From assembly GCA_049323655.1 (NCBI GenBank), contig JBMONO010000006.1, forward strand, positions 18,953-82,952: a stretch of 64,000 nucleotides of DNA, in the 5' to 3' direction. A program made the translations under genes and the position numbers. Each line of letters begins with the position of its first letter. Within the stretch, counting starts at the first letter, position 1. This document shows positions 37,869 to 46,580 of the stretch, piece by piece. Under the pieces are notes generated by a model. It saw only the letters and a list, made by a program, of their open reading frames with translations, did not search any database and was not told where the DNA came from. Origin of the DNA: Thermodesulfobacteriota bacterium (GTDB lineage Bacteria; Desulfobacterota; Desulfobulbia; Desulfobulbales; SURF-16).

Positions 37869-39038
37869 TCAGCCATTCAGACGTGCCGCGTACTCATCAA
37901 TGATGTTGCCTCTGTCCATCTCGGCGACGATCAGTTTTTTCCGGATGGCCAGATCGTCCCAGACCGGCTGCACCCCGATCTCCCGGGCCATCTTCTGCTC
38001 ATCCTGTTCGTCCGCCGGTTTGACCTTTTCCCCCATGTGAGTGTCATCGCCGGTGAAAACCAGAAGTCGCCGGGCAGACGGGCCAAGATGCCTGTTGCGG
38101 TTGATCACCGTGGTGATGAGAAAATCGGTGAACTCCCGGGACTGCGGATTCCACACCTCGTAGCCGTCAACATCGTATTCGGCCAGGAGAATCGGCCAGA
38201 ACTGTTCAGGATGGGGAATGACGATGCCGCCGCCGAGGGAGCGCGCCTCCTCGATGATCTCCGAGGTGCGGTAAAAAAAGGCCGGAGAAAAATCCTTTTT
38301 CACCTCCAGCTTCACCGCCCGCAGAAAGGTCTGGGCCCGGTTGATAAAGGTGTTGCCGTACTCCTCCCGCAGGGTATTGAAAAAATCCCGCAACAGCTTG
38401 TTCTTGACGTTATCCTGGGGAATGGCGTCGAGATTTTCCTCAAGCAGGGTGTTGACCTTGGCCGTATGGATGCGGACGAATTCAATCAGCTGCTCGTCGG
38501 CCCCGGTTTCGGCGGCCGCCTTCTCCAGCCGCTCCGCCACCGGCCGGATGATGGTGTGAATAAAATCAAAAAGCTGGGAGGCCCGGTATTTGCGGGTATG
38601 TTCGAGGGCGGCCCGCAACACCGAGGCATTGGCCAGGGCGGCGGTGCGGAAATGGAGCAGCAGCTGCACCTTGCGGTTAAAGCCGCGGGAATAACAGTCC
38701 ACCTCGACCCCGCTGTAGTCGCCGTAACTCATCAGCACATTGTGCTGGGTGGGAATGATCAGCGATTTTTTCCTGTTGGGAAAGGTGGCGCAGATCCGCT
38801 GCTCGATGAGTTCCATCGGCACATATTCCGGATGCCAGTGGACGGCCAGCACCTCCTGCTGCCGCGGCAGGATAAGGGCCGGCGTCGTTACCAGATCAAT
38901 CTGCTCACCGGTCAGCTCAATGGAAACGACGTGAAAAAACCGTTCCCGATCCTTTTCCGTCACCTCTTCGGTCAGGCCGTCCCAGACCGGGACGGCCTCA
39001 TTTTCCGGCGATTTTTTTTTCACGAGTTTCATGGGCAT
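37869..39038 (-). CDS. Conserved hypothetical protein with PHP-like metal-phosphoesterase motifs
   Basis: AVHWHPEY (HxH), GGIVIPHPEQF, EVWNPQS and FTGDDTHMG resemble PHP motifs split by a helical insert. 389 aa. Confidence 0.35.
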   Translation of the reverse strand: MPMKLVKKKSPENEAVPVWDGLTEEVTEKDRERFFHVVSIELTGEQIDLVTTPALILPRQQEVLAVHWHPEYVPMELIEQRICATFPNRKKSLIIPTQHNVLMSYGDYSGVEVDCYSRGFNRKVQLLLHFRTAALANASVLRAALEHTRKYRASQLFDFIHTIIRPVAERLEKAAAETGADEQLIEFVRIHTAKVNTLLEENLDAIPQDNVKNKLLRDFFNTLREEYGNTFINRAQTFLRAVKLEVKKDFSPAFFYRTSEIIEEARSLGGGIVIPHPEQFWPILLAEYDVDGYEVWNPQSREFTDFLITTVINRNRHLGPSARRLLVFTGDDTHMGEKVKPADEQDEQKMAREIGVQPVWDDLAIRKKLIVAEMDRGNIIDEYAARLNG

Positions 39039-39050
39039 CTGCTCGTCGTT

Positions 39051-39593
39051 TCATTTGTAGCGGGCATGACACTCCTTCTTCATCCCGCGCAGGACGGCAT
39101 ACTGGGCGTTGACCGCCGCATAATCACCGGTGGCATAAAGCCGGCCAAACTCTTCGCTGGCCGCGCTGTAAGCCGGATAACAGTCGTCACCATAACCTGG
39201 ATAGCCGACCATCAGCGCCGAATCGGCAAGAAAATTCTTTACCATGGCGGGTTCGGGCAATCTGCCCTCCGCCAGCATCGCGCCCATGGCCTTGAAGTTG
39301 CGGTCCATCCGTTTCTTGAAGGAAGTATACTTGCTCTGTTCAGCCCCTGCCTGGTCTGCATCAGGGCCATCGGCGCCGTCATCCGCCCCGTGCTTGATCT
39401 TGATCTTGAACTGAATAAACTCCCCCCGCCTTTTGAGGCCGATCTTCAATTTCTGGAATTCATCCAGACTGATATCAAGATCCTGCAAGGGTGAGCCGTT
39501 ATTGCGCTCGATGGCATCTGCCATCGAGCGCAGGAAAGCGGCGGCCTCTATGACGGAAAACATTCTTTCCAGTTTGTGTGCCCGACCGGTCAT
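39051..39593 (-). CDS. amphi-Trp-like N-domain protein with an XXXCH-type C-terminus (GAK-system XXXCH protein-like)
   Basis: The N-half (AAAFLRSMADAIERNNGSPL...EFIQFKIKIKH) parallels the amphi-Trp proteins. The C-terminus is ...AVLRGMKKECHARYK. GGAG lies 6 nt upstream of ATG 39593 (track start 39635). Confidence 0.55.
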   Translation of the reverse strand: MTGRAHKLERMFSVIEAAAFLRSMADAIERNNGSPLQDLDISLDEFQKLKIGLKRRGEFIQFKIKIKHGADDGADGPDADQAGAEQSKYTSFKKRMDRNFKAMGAMLAEGRLPEPAMVKNFLADSALMVGYPGYGDDCYPAYSAASEEFGRLYATGDYAAVNAQYAVLRGMKKECHARYK

Positions 39594-39836
39594 ATTTACT
39601 CCGTGACAATTCTGATTGTAAGAAAAACGCACCATTCCGCTGTGCGAAGACTTTCAATTACAATACACCAAAAATAGCCCGGTGATTGTTAGATTCAGGT
39701 TAATTTTCCGTTAGCGTTTCATCCCGCCAGAACGGCCTGGAATCCGATCCGCACTGATAAAAAATTAACACAATCCTCACCAGATCCCGACACAGGGGAG
39801 ATAAAGTGGGAATGCACCCACACCACACGGAGGATA

Positions 39837-42233
39837 ATGTGCATGGACCATGCAATCTTTGCCCGCCAGAACAGCGCGGATGCACCGGCGCCGACCCTCG
39901 ACGACTGCCTCGCCCTGCTGGCAATCGACCCCGCCGATGTCAGACAGCTGCCCTTCATCCGGGGTGATGTCACCGCCGGCACGGAAAATGAGCTGCAGGT
40001 GGCGGTGGCGGGGAACAGAAACGAGGTCGACCTGCCGCTCACCATCGAGGCCTCAAGCTACTACGCCAACATCTTCCGCCGGGCCAAATCCGGGGACATG
40101 TCGTGGCAGACCGGCCGCAACCTTGACCGGTATCTCACCGAAAACAGGGACAATATCTGGGAAAATTCCTGGGTGCGTTTTCCCTATCACCGGCTGAACG
40201 ACACGGCGCGCGCCGTGCTGCATGACGACCTGCGGGCCGACAAAAGCACGACAAACGGCAGTCTGCGCAATGACAGCTCGCAATTTTTCTTCCATGCCAA
40301 GGGCGAGCCCTGGCTGCGAATACCGGTGAGCTACCTGCTCAAACTCGCCCTGGCCGATCTGCTGGGTGAAAGCGTTGCCCTGGGCGAAGGCCTGCTGGTC
40401 GCCGGGCGCCGGCTCATGGATCACTTTCTCAACGACAACACCTCGCCGGAGACCACTTCCTTTTACGTCGTTGCCGGCAGAAACAGCGCAACCATCGGCA
40501 ACGGCGTGGCCCGGGAAACGGCGAAACGCTACCTGTTCAGCCAGTTGCTGCTTTCCTACGCCAACCGGAAATTCGGCATCGAGGAACACGGCCAGCAGGC
40601 CCTGCTCTTCTTCTCCCCTCATCCGCCCATCCGGCAGCGCCAGCTCAATGCCGCCATCTCCGACTCCTTCTACCGTGAACTGTTCATGAGCCCCTGCCTG
40701 TCCGGCTGGGACAACGGCGAGGAAAAACATCGGTACATGGCGCTCTGCCATCAGGTGCTGAGCCGCAGTCATATGAACGCGGTCATGAAGCTGCGCGAGG
40801 CCGGCATCGTCACCACCAATCTCGTCGTCCTCCCCCACACCTCCAACATCAGCCTGGCCAACAACGGCACCCATGTCAGCCTGGGCAGCAGAAAACTGAC
40901 CGGGCTCATGCAGGATCCGGGATCCGGCTTTACCGCGGCCCATGAAAAATATCTCGGCGATCTGGGGGCCAAGATCATGGAGCACTTTCTGCCGCTCTTT
41001 GTCGGCACTTACTCCGCCGCCCCCTATCGCCTGGCCTTCGAGGATTTCCACCCGGAAACGGCGCTCGGCTTTCTGCCCCACCAGCTCGATTACACCCATT
41101 TGCGCATGTTCTGGCGACGCTGGAAAAAAAAGGCACGCAACCGCCTCTGCGGTCATGCCCTCACCCCCTTCGGCCCTTTGCGTGTCGATACCTTGCTGCG
41201 TCGAATTTTTCGCCTGCATGGCGATTTTCTGCCGGATTTTCGTCTGATGGATTATCCGGTCTCCCTGCTTTCCACCCAGACCAACTGCTGCCAGAACGGC
41301 CTGCTCGGCAACGATGAGCGGCTCAAGGAGGACCTCGACTCTCTTGGGGTTTTTGACAAACGGATGGCTCTTTATCAGCTCATCCGGCTGCGCCAGCATC
41401 GGGTCATGGGCTTCACCGGCTTTGAGGCGCGCTTCTACTCGCTCTTTTCGGGCTTTGCCGATGATCTCGGCCAGGCCGCGGATCTGCAGATGCTGCTCAC
41501 CGCCCTGACCTACAAACTCATTGTCCGCGATCGCCTCGACCATAACCGCATCCCCGGCATTCCCTTTGTTGAAAGCGAACGCCGTCAGATCCTCTTTGCC
41601 GCCGCCGTCGGGCTGCCCACCTTTTTCGTCCGCCGCGACACGACCAACGCACTGCTGCTCCGCATCCTCCGCCTGACCGAAAACGTGCGGCCCAGCCGCC
41701 GTTATCCCGGTTATCTTCGGGTTTCTATCCGGGAATACCTGCTCGCTCTGCTGCGTTTCATCCAAGCAGAGGGAGCGGATCTGATCGATCTGCTGGCCAT
41801 GCAGGAAACCCTTGCCGATCTCGACAACCGGCTGCGCCATCCCGACCAGGGGGTCTGCGGCCGGTTGGTGCGGGCCATCACCGGCTCCTCTTCGCCGGCG
41901 CGGGAGGCCCCCTTCACCATGGCCGCCCATGATTTCAACGTCGCGGCGGAAGGCTATTACCGCAGGGATCTGCGTCTGGCGCAGATAAAAGAGGCATGGG
42001 ACATTTTCGCAGCCGATGTGCGCGCCATGGCCGATGGCATCACGTTGCTTCCTCTGGAATACCGCACCCTGCTCTATGAACTCACCAATGACAAGGATCC
42101 GGACCGCTTTCTCCGCCAGTGCGCTGACGAGCTGAGCGCAGAGTCGCTCCCGCTCTCCCGGACAACCACCCTCCTTCGCCTCCTGCTGCTCAGTGTCGCC
42201 ACTGACGCCAAAAGAGAGGCAAGCGGAACGTAA
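39837..42233 (+). CDS. Large conserved hypothetical protein (798 aa), no domain recognised
   Basis: Ordinary soluble-protein composition, GGAGG RBS, start ATG 39837 or 39843. Notable block: HTSNISLANNGTHVSLGS. The 753-aa antisense ORF has low-complexity G/A/R composition and is rejected. Confidence 0.6.
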   Translation: MCMDHAIFARQNSADAPAPTLDDCLALLAIDPADVRQLPFIRGDVTAGTENELQVAVAGNRNEVDLPLTIEASSYYANIFRRAKSGDMSWQTGRNLDRYLTENRDNIWENSWVRFPYHRLNDTARAVLHDDLRADKSTTNGSLRNDSSQFFFHAKGEPWLRIPVSYLLKLALADLLGESVALGEGLLVAGRRLMDHFLNDNTSPETTSFYVVAGRNSATIGNGVARETAKRYLFSQLLLSYANRKFGIEEHGQQALLFFSPHPPIRQRQLNAAISDSFYRELFMSPCLSGWDNGEEKHRYMALCHQVLSRSHMNAVMKLREAGIVTTNLVVLPHTSNISLANNGTHVSLGSRKLTGLMQDPGSGFTAAHEKYLGDLGAKIMEHFLPLFVGTYSAAPYRLAFEDFHPETALGFLPHQLDYTHLRMFWRRWKKKARNRLCGHALTPFGPLRVDTLLRRIFRLHGDFLPDFRLMDYPVSLLSTQTNCCQNGLLGNDERLKEDLDSLGVFDKRMALYQLIRLRQHRVMGFTGFEARFYSLFSGFADDLGQAADLQMLLTALTYKLIVRDRLDHNRIPGIPFVESERRQILFAAAVGLPTFFVRRDTTNALLLRILRLTENVRPSRRYPGYLRVSIREYLLALLRFIQAEGADLIDLLAMQETLADLDNRLRHPDQGVCGRLVRAITGSSSPAREAPFTMAAHDFNVAAEGYYRRDLRLAQIKEAWDIFAADVRAMADGITLLPLEYRTLLYELTNDKDPDRFLRQCADELSAESLPLSRTTTLLRLLLLSVATDAKREASGT

Positions 42234-42243
42234 GGGAGAAACA

Positions 42244-43245
42244 ATGCACCAGTATATTGAACGAACCAACCGACAGGTCATCACCGAGGAGCTGTTCGGG
42301 GACAGAATCATCACCTTTCTCTATTCCCGGGGCCGGGAAAAGGCGCCCACCCTCTTTCGCCTGGCCACCGGCGCCCGGATGTCGAGTCTGCTCGGTTATC
42401 TGAACTTTGACCTGCCGCTGGCCCGCACCATCATCGGCAACCGCCGTTTTCTCCTGAAAAACGGCGTCCGGGCCGAGGAATGCCTGATCCCGCCGGAGGG
42501 ATTGACCACGCCGCGGGCGATCTTTGAACGCAAGATTCGCTACTGGAAATACCGGCCCATGCCGGAGGAGGATGACGCCATTGTCTCACCGGCCGACGCC
42601 CGCATGCTCTGCGGTTCGCTCGACGAGGAGAGTCTCTTCTTTCTCAAGGGAAATTTTTTCCGTTATGAAGAGCTGCTGGGAACGGCGAAAAGGATCTGGC
42701 TCAGCGCCTTTCGCCAGGGCGATTGCGCCATTTTCCGGCTGACCCCGGACAAATATCATTACAACCATCTGCCGGTCAGCGGTTATATAGTGGATTTCTA
42801 CGAAATAAGCGGCGCCTACCACTCCTGCAACCCCGGCGCGGTGGTGGAAATGGTCACCCCTTACTCCACCAACAAACGGGTGGTGACCATTATCCAGACC
42901 GATGTGCCGGGCGGCAGCCGGGTCGGCCTGGTCGCCTTTATCGAGGTGGTGGCCATGATGATCGGCGAGGTCGTCCAGTGTTACAGCGACGCCATCGGCT
43001 ACGAAAACCCGGTGGCCATGGAGTCAGGCCTGTTTGTCAAAAAAGGACAGCCGAAAAGCCTGTTCCGGCCGGGCAGCAGCACCGACATCGTTCTCTTTCA
43101 GAAAGGCCGGATGACCTTTGCCGAGGATCTTGTCGCCCAGATGCGGCGTCGCGATGTCATGAGCCGCTTCACCATGGGTTTCGGCGGTCAGTTGGCCGAG
43201 GTCGAGGTTCAGGTCCGCTCCCTGATCGGCAGAAAAAATTCCTAA
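42244..43245 (+). CDS. Phosphatidylserine-decarboxylase-family (pyruvoyl-dependent) protein, long form
   Basis: IVSPADARM, FRLTPDKYHYNHLPVSG and LFRPGSSTDIVLF (GSS self-cleavage site) are PSD hallmarks. AGGGAG RBS upstream of ATG 42244. Confidence 0.7.
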   Translation: MHQYIERTNRQVITEELFGDRIITFLYSRGREKAPTLFRLATGARMSSLLGYLNFDLPLARTIIGNRRFLLKNGVRAEECLIPPEGLTTPRAIFERKIRYWKYRPMPEEDDAIVSPADARMLCGSLDEESLFFLKGNFFRYEELLGTAKRIWLSAFRQGDCAIFRLTPDKYHYNHLPVSGYIVDFYEISGAYHSCNPGAVVEMVTPYSTNKRVVTIIQTDVPGGSRVGLVAFIEVVAMMIGEVVQCYSDAIGYENPVAMESGLFVKKGQPKSLFRPGSSTDIVLFQKGRMTFAEDLVAQMRRRDVMSRFTMGFGGQLAEVEVQVRSLIGRKNS

Positions 43246-43252
43246 TAAAGAC

Positions 43253-43382
43253 AAACCCGTAAAAAGTCTTTTTTCACCACAGAGCGCACCGAGGACACAG
43301 AGAAAACATATTTAGATACAATTAGTTATCTCCGTGCACCCTGCGGTCTCCGTGGTTAATTTTCAGTTTTCACGAAATCATC
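43253..43382 (+). repeat. MITE-like intergenic repeat, copy G, between the PSD-like and Lgt-like genes
   Basis: AAACCCGTAAAAAGTCTTTTTTCACCACAGAGCGCACCGAGGACACAGAGAAAACATATTTAGATACAATTAGTTATCTCCGTGCACCCTGCGGTCTCCGTGGTTAATTTTCAGTTTTCACGAAATCATC. Confidence 0.9.
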
Positions 43383-43399
43383 AAAAAAAGGTGATCATC

Positions 43400-44458
43400 A
43401 TGACAAACGGCCTTTTTCTCTCCCTGCTCTTTTGCACCTTCGCCCCGCTGCTTTTTCTGGCCTGCCGGGTACTGCCCGGTGAAAAATGGCAGATCGCCGC
43501 CGCCATCCCCACCCGCAAAGAGATGATGGACGGTCAGTGCCGCTGGCGCGGCTGCAACCTCACATTTTACGGTATCCTGCTCGCCACCGGCGGCTGCCTC
43601 GGCGTCCTGGTCTTTGCCTTTCTTCTCGCCGCGGCCGGCCATGCCGGAACCACCATCATTTTCCTCAGCGGCGTCATCCTCTTTTTTTCCGTCATTGCCG
43701 CAAAAGTCATCGCACGAGTCGTGGAAAAGAAAAAGAACACGCTGACCGTGGCCGGCGCTGCGACAACCGGCCTCTTTCTGGCCCCGCTTGCCGTATTCCT
43801 CCACAACCGCTTTCTTGTCAGTGGCAGCGATCCAATCCTGCTCATGCCGGTGATGGCGGCACTCTCCACCGGTTATCTCATCGGCGAAGGGACAGGCAGG
43901 CTGGCCTGTCTCAGTTTCGGCTGCTGTTACGGCAAACCGCTGGCAACAACGGGAAAATGGATGCAACGGTTGCTTACCCCCATTGCCTGCACCTATCAGG
44001 GCGAGACCAAAAAAATCTCCTATGCCTCGGGCTTAAGCGGAGTGCCGGTGGTGCCGGTGCAGGCGCTGACCTCGTTTTTCTTTGTCGTCACCGGTCTTGT
44101 CGGCATCCATCTCTATCTGAACGGTCGTTCCGCCTCTGCCTTTGGCCTGACCGCCATTTTTGCCATGACATGGCGGCTGCTGTCGGAACGATGGCGAGCC
44201 GACTATCGGGGCCAGAGCCGGTTCAGTGCCTACCAGATCATGGGCCTCATCAACATCGTTTTCATTCTCTTTCTCCTGCTGATTCTTCCGGCAACGCCGG
44301 TGAAAACCCTTCGCTTCCAGGAAGGGCTGGCCGCCCTGTGGACCCCCTGGACCCTGCTCTCTTTCCAGGGGTTGTGGCTTGCCCTCTTTCTGCGAACCGG
44401 TCTGAGCCGGGTCACCGGCTCAACCATCTCGTTTCATGTCAGGCACGAAGAAATCTGA
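43400..44458 (+). CDS. Lgt-family (prolipoprotein diacylglyceryl transferase-like) polytopic membrane protein
   Basis: Multi-TM protein. GRLACLSFGCCYGKPL parallels the Lgt GR(L/I)GNF..G...G(R/K)P motif, and VPVVPVQALTS parallels hPtQLYE. Start ATG 43400; the track start at 43334 lies inside repeat G. Confidence 0.55.
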   Translation: MTNGLFLSLLFCTFAPLLFLACRVLPGEKWQIAAAIPTRKEMMDGQCRWRGCNLTFYGILLATGGCLGVLVFAFLLAAAGHAGTTIIFLSGVILFFSVIAAKVIARVVEKKKNTLTVAGAATTGLFLAPLAVFLHNRFLVSGSDPILLMPVMAALSTGYLIGEGTGRLACLSFGCCYGKPLATTGKWMQRLLTPIACTYQGETKKISYASGLSGVPVVPVQALTSFFFVVTGLVGIHLYLNGRSASAFGLTAIFAMTWRLLSERWRADYRGQSRFSAYQIMGLINIVFILFLLLILPATPVKTLRFQEGLAALWTPWTLLSFQGLWLALFLRTGLSRVTGSTISFHVRHEEI

Positions 44459-44473
44459 TAAAAAGCGCCTGCC

Positions 44474-44604
44474 AAACCCGTAAGATTTTTTTTTTCGCCA
44501 CAGAGCGCGCTGAGAGCGCAGAGAAAAAATCTTTAATACAATCAGTTATCTGTGGGTGTTCTGCGGTCTCTGCGGGTAATTTTCAGTTTTCACGAGACCA
44601 TCAC
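44474..44604 (+). repeat. MITE-like intergenic repeat, copy H
   Basis: AAACCCGTAAGATTTTTTTTTTCGCCACAGAGCGCGCTGAGAGCGCAGAGAAAAAATCTTTAATACAATCAGTTATCTGTGGGTGTTCTGCGGTCTCTGCGGGTAATTTTCAGTTTTCACGAGACCATCAC. Confidence 0.9.
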
Positions 44605-46559
44605 GCTTCGAGGAGATGCCTGTCAACCGCCAGACGGCAGGTTCCCTTTTCCAGGCAGCCCAGGCAGGCGTTTTCAACAAGCGTGAGGGGAGAGCGGCGG
44701 CTGTTGCCCATCCAGGCAATAGCGAATCTGCTGTGGAGATTGCCCTTGGCCGTCCTTTTCAGAATGGCGATGGAGCGGGAGACGTCTTCCATTGTATAGA
44801 GACGCGGACCGGCCTCGATCAGCAGTACCGCAGCGCTCAGACTGAGCAGGCCGAAGCGTTTTTTTTCACCATTGCGATCAGTTGCCAGGATAAACCCCTG
44901 CTCCCGCTCTCCATGGTCATAGAGAGTCGCGATAGCGTGATTGAATTTGTCGATAATCTCTTCCACCTCTGAACAGAGTCGCGCCATTGCCCCCTTGGCA
45001 AGCACAGCGCCGGCGAAAAAATCATCGCCGCCGAGATGGCCGGCAAAATTCTCCTTGTCTGTGGCAAAAAAAGAATTTTTCAGGAGATCGGCAAACATAA
45101 GAATGGCACGATCGCCCCGGCGAAAGCCGTAATGATCATTAAAGGGCTTGAAATCGTTAAAATCGAAATAAATCAGCCCGTATCCGGTGGCCACGTCCGT
45201 GTAAGCCCTGGTCAGATAATCGACGATCTGGCTGTTGCCTGGCATTTTTGACAGAGGATTCTGCTCCCGGGCAAGGGACAAATTTTTTTCATGAAGTATC
45301 TTTATGATGGCCGCGCTGGTCAGGAAGCCAACGTAACGCCCATCACTGGTCAGGATAATACCTTCCGGATCACGGGTCAGGGAAAACACCTCCAGCAGCT
45401 TTTCAATGGAGCGGGTCTTTTCCATGACCGGGCAGAACGAGACGAAATTCTGGACGTTTTTGCACAGGCTCTTGTTCAGCAGCAGGTTGCGGCCGTATTG
45501 CGTGTAGACATAATCCTTGAGAAATTTTTCCCGGATGATACCGAGCGGTTCACCGCCCGGATTCAAGAGAGGAAAGAACGTCCGCTCCTTGTTCTGACGG
45601 AACTTTTTCAGAACGATCTCCAAGCCGTCCCGGGTATACTGATCAGGTTCCAGGACCACCGGCGGGATGTATTCGATATTGGCGGCGAGAATCTTTTCAT
45701 CACTGTTATCGGCGCGTCTGTCCTTGCGGCCGAGCACGGCGATTTCCTCATAGACAAATCGGATATCCGACAAAATGACGGTCGGCTTCTGGATGAGATA
45801 ACCCTGGACATAATCACAGCCGATTTCCTTGCAGGCGAAATACTCCCGTTCCGTTTCCACCCCTTCGGCGATCACCATACTGCCCAGGATATGGGCAAGA
45901 TCAACCACCTTGGCGACAAAAAGCTTCTTTTTGGCGTCGGTGGCAATGTCATTGATGAAAAAGCGATCGATCTTGACGAAATTCGGCTCCGCGTAGTAGA
46001 GCAGTTGCAGACCGGAAAATCCGGAGCCGAAATCGTCGATGGCGACTTTCAACTGAGACGTCCGCCGTTTCCGGCAGTAGCCGCAAAATGCCTCATAATC
46101 GTCAATGGGCTGCTGTTCCGAAATTTCCAGACAGATCATGCCCGGTTCCACACCACAGGCAGACACCAACCCGGAGAAATTTTCACACAATTCGTCGGGG
46201 TTGGCCAGAATGCGGTTATCGAGATTGAGAAAGAGAATAATCCGCCCATTCTGCGGCAGGAGCAGATATTTGCGGACCGCCTTTTCCCGGAGCAGGAGCT
46301 CGAAAAAGGCAAGCTCACCGTCGCGATAGGCAGCATCGAACATCTCGCCGATCGTGGAGAAACCGGCGGCGGCCCAGTTGCGAACCAGGGCCTCACAGCC
46401 GAGACAGACCCCGGTGTGGATATTGACGATGGGTTGAAAGGCATAGTCAAGCTTCTCAACGATGGCCCGCCAATCGACCCCGCCACTGGGATATGACGTC
46501 TGCCGGCAAAAAGCATGATCGTCACCTGCAAGAATCGCCTCCCCAACAATCAGTGCCAT
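44601..46559 (-). CDS. EAL - CBS pair - GGDEF-like (GGDDF) c-di-GMP signalling protein
   Basis: EAL domain: FQPIVNIHTGVCLGCEALVR, VAIDDFGSGFSG. GGDEF domain: DFNDFKPFNDHYGFRRGDRAIL and HLGGDDFF. The stop codon lies in the end of repeat H. Confidence 0.8.
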   Translation of the reverse strand: MALIVGEAILAGDDHAFCRQTSYPSGGVDWRAIVEKLDYAFQPIVNIHTGVCLGCEALVRNWAAAGFSTIGEMFDAAYRDGELAFFELLLREKAVRKYLLLPQNGRIILFLNLDNRILANPDELCENFSGLVSACGVEPGMICLEISEQQPIDDYEAFCGYCRKRRTSQLKVAIDDFGSGFSGLQLLYYAEPNFVKIDRFFINDIATDAKKKLFVAKVVDLAHILGSMVIAEGVETEREYFACKEIGCDYVQGYLIQKPTVILSDIRFVYEEIAVLGRKDRRADNSDEKILAANIEYIPPVVLEPDQYTRDGLEIVLKKFRQNKERTFFPLLNPGGEPLGIIREKFLKDYVYTQYGRNLLLNKSLCKNVQNFVSFCPVMEKTRSIEKLLEVFSLTRDPEGIILTSDGRYVGFLTSAAIIKILHEKNLSLAREQNPLSKMPGNSQIVDYLTRAYTDVATGYGLIYFDFNDFKPFNDHYGFRRGDRAILMFADLLKNSFFATDKENFAGHLGGDDFFAGAVLAKGAMARLCSEVEEIIDKFNHAIATLYDHGEREQGFILATDRNGEKKRFGLLSLSAAVLLIEAGPRLYTMEDVSRSIAILKRTAKGNLHSRFAIAWMGNSRRSPLTLVENACLGCLEKGTCRLAVDRHLLEA

Positions 46560-46580
46560 CCCGTCGTCCCCCGATACCGA

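Noticed and set aside
38037-39494. 485-aa plus-strand ORF across the PHP-like and XXXCH genes.
   Set aside because: It is antisense to two genes with RBSs and recognisable motifs. It is G/R/P-rich with no domain signature.
40053-42314. 753-aa minus-strand ORF.
   Set aside because: It is antisense to the 798-aa plus-strand gene. The plus-strand product has normal globular-protein composition and an RBS. The minus-strand product is dominated by G/A/R/Q runs.
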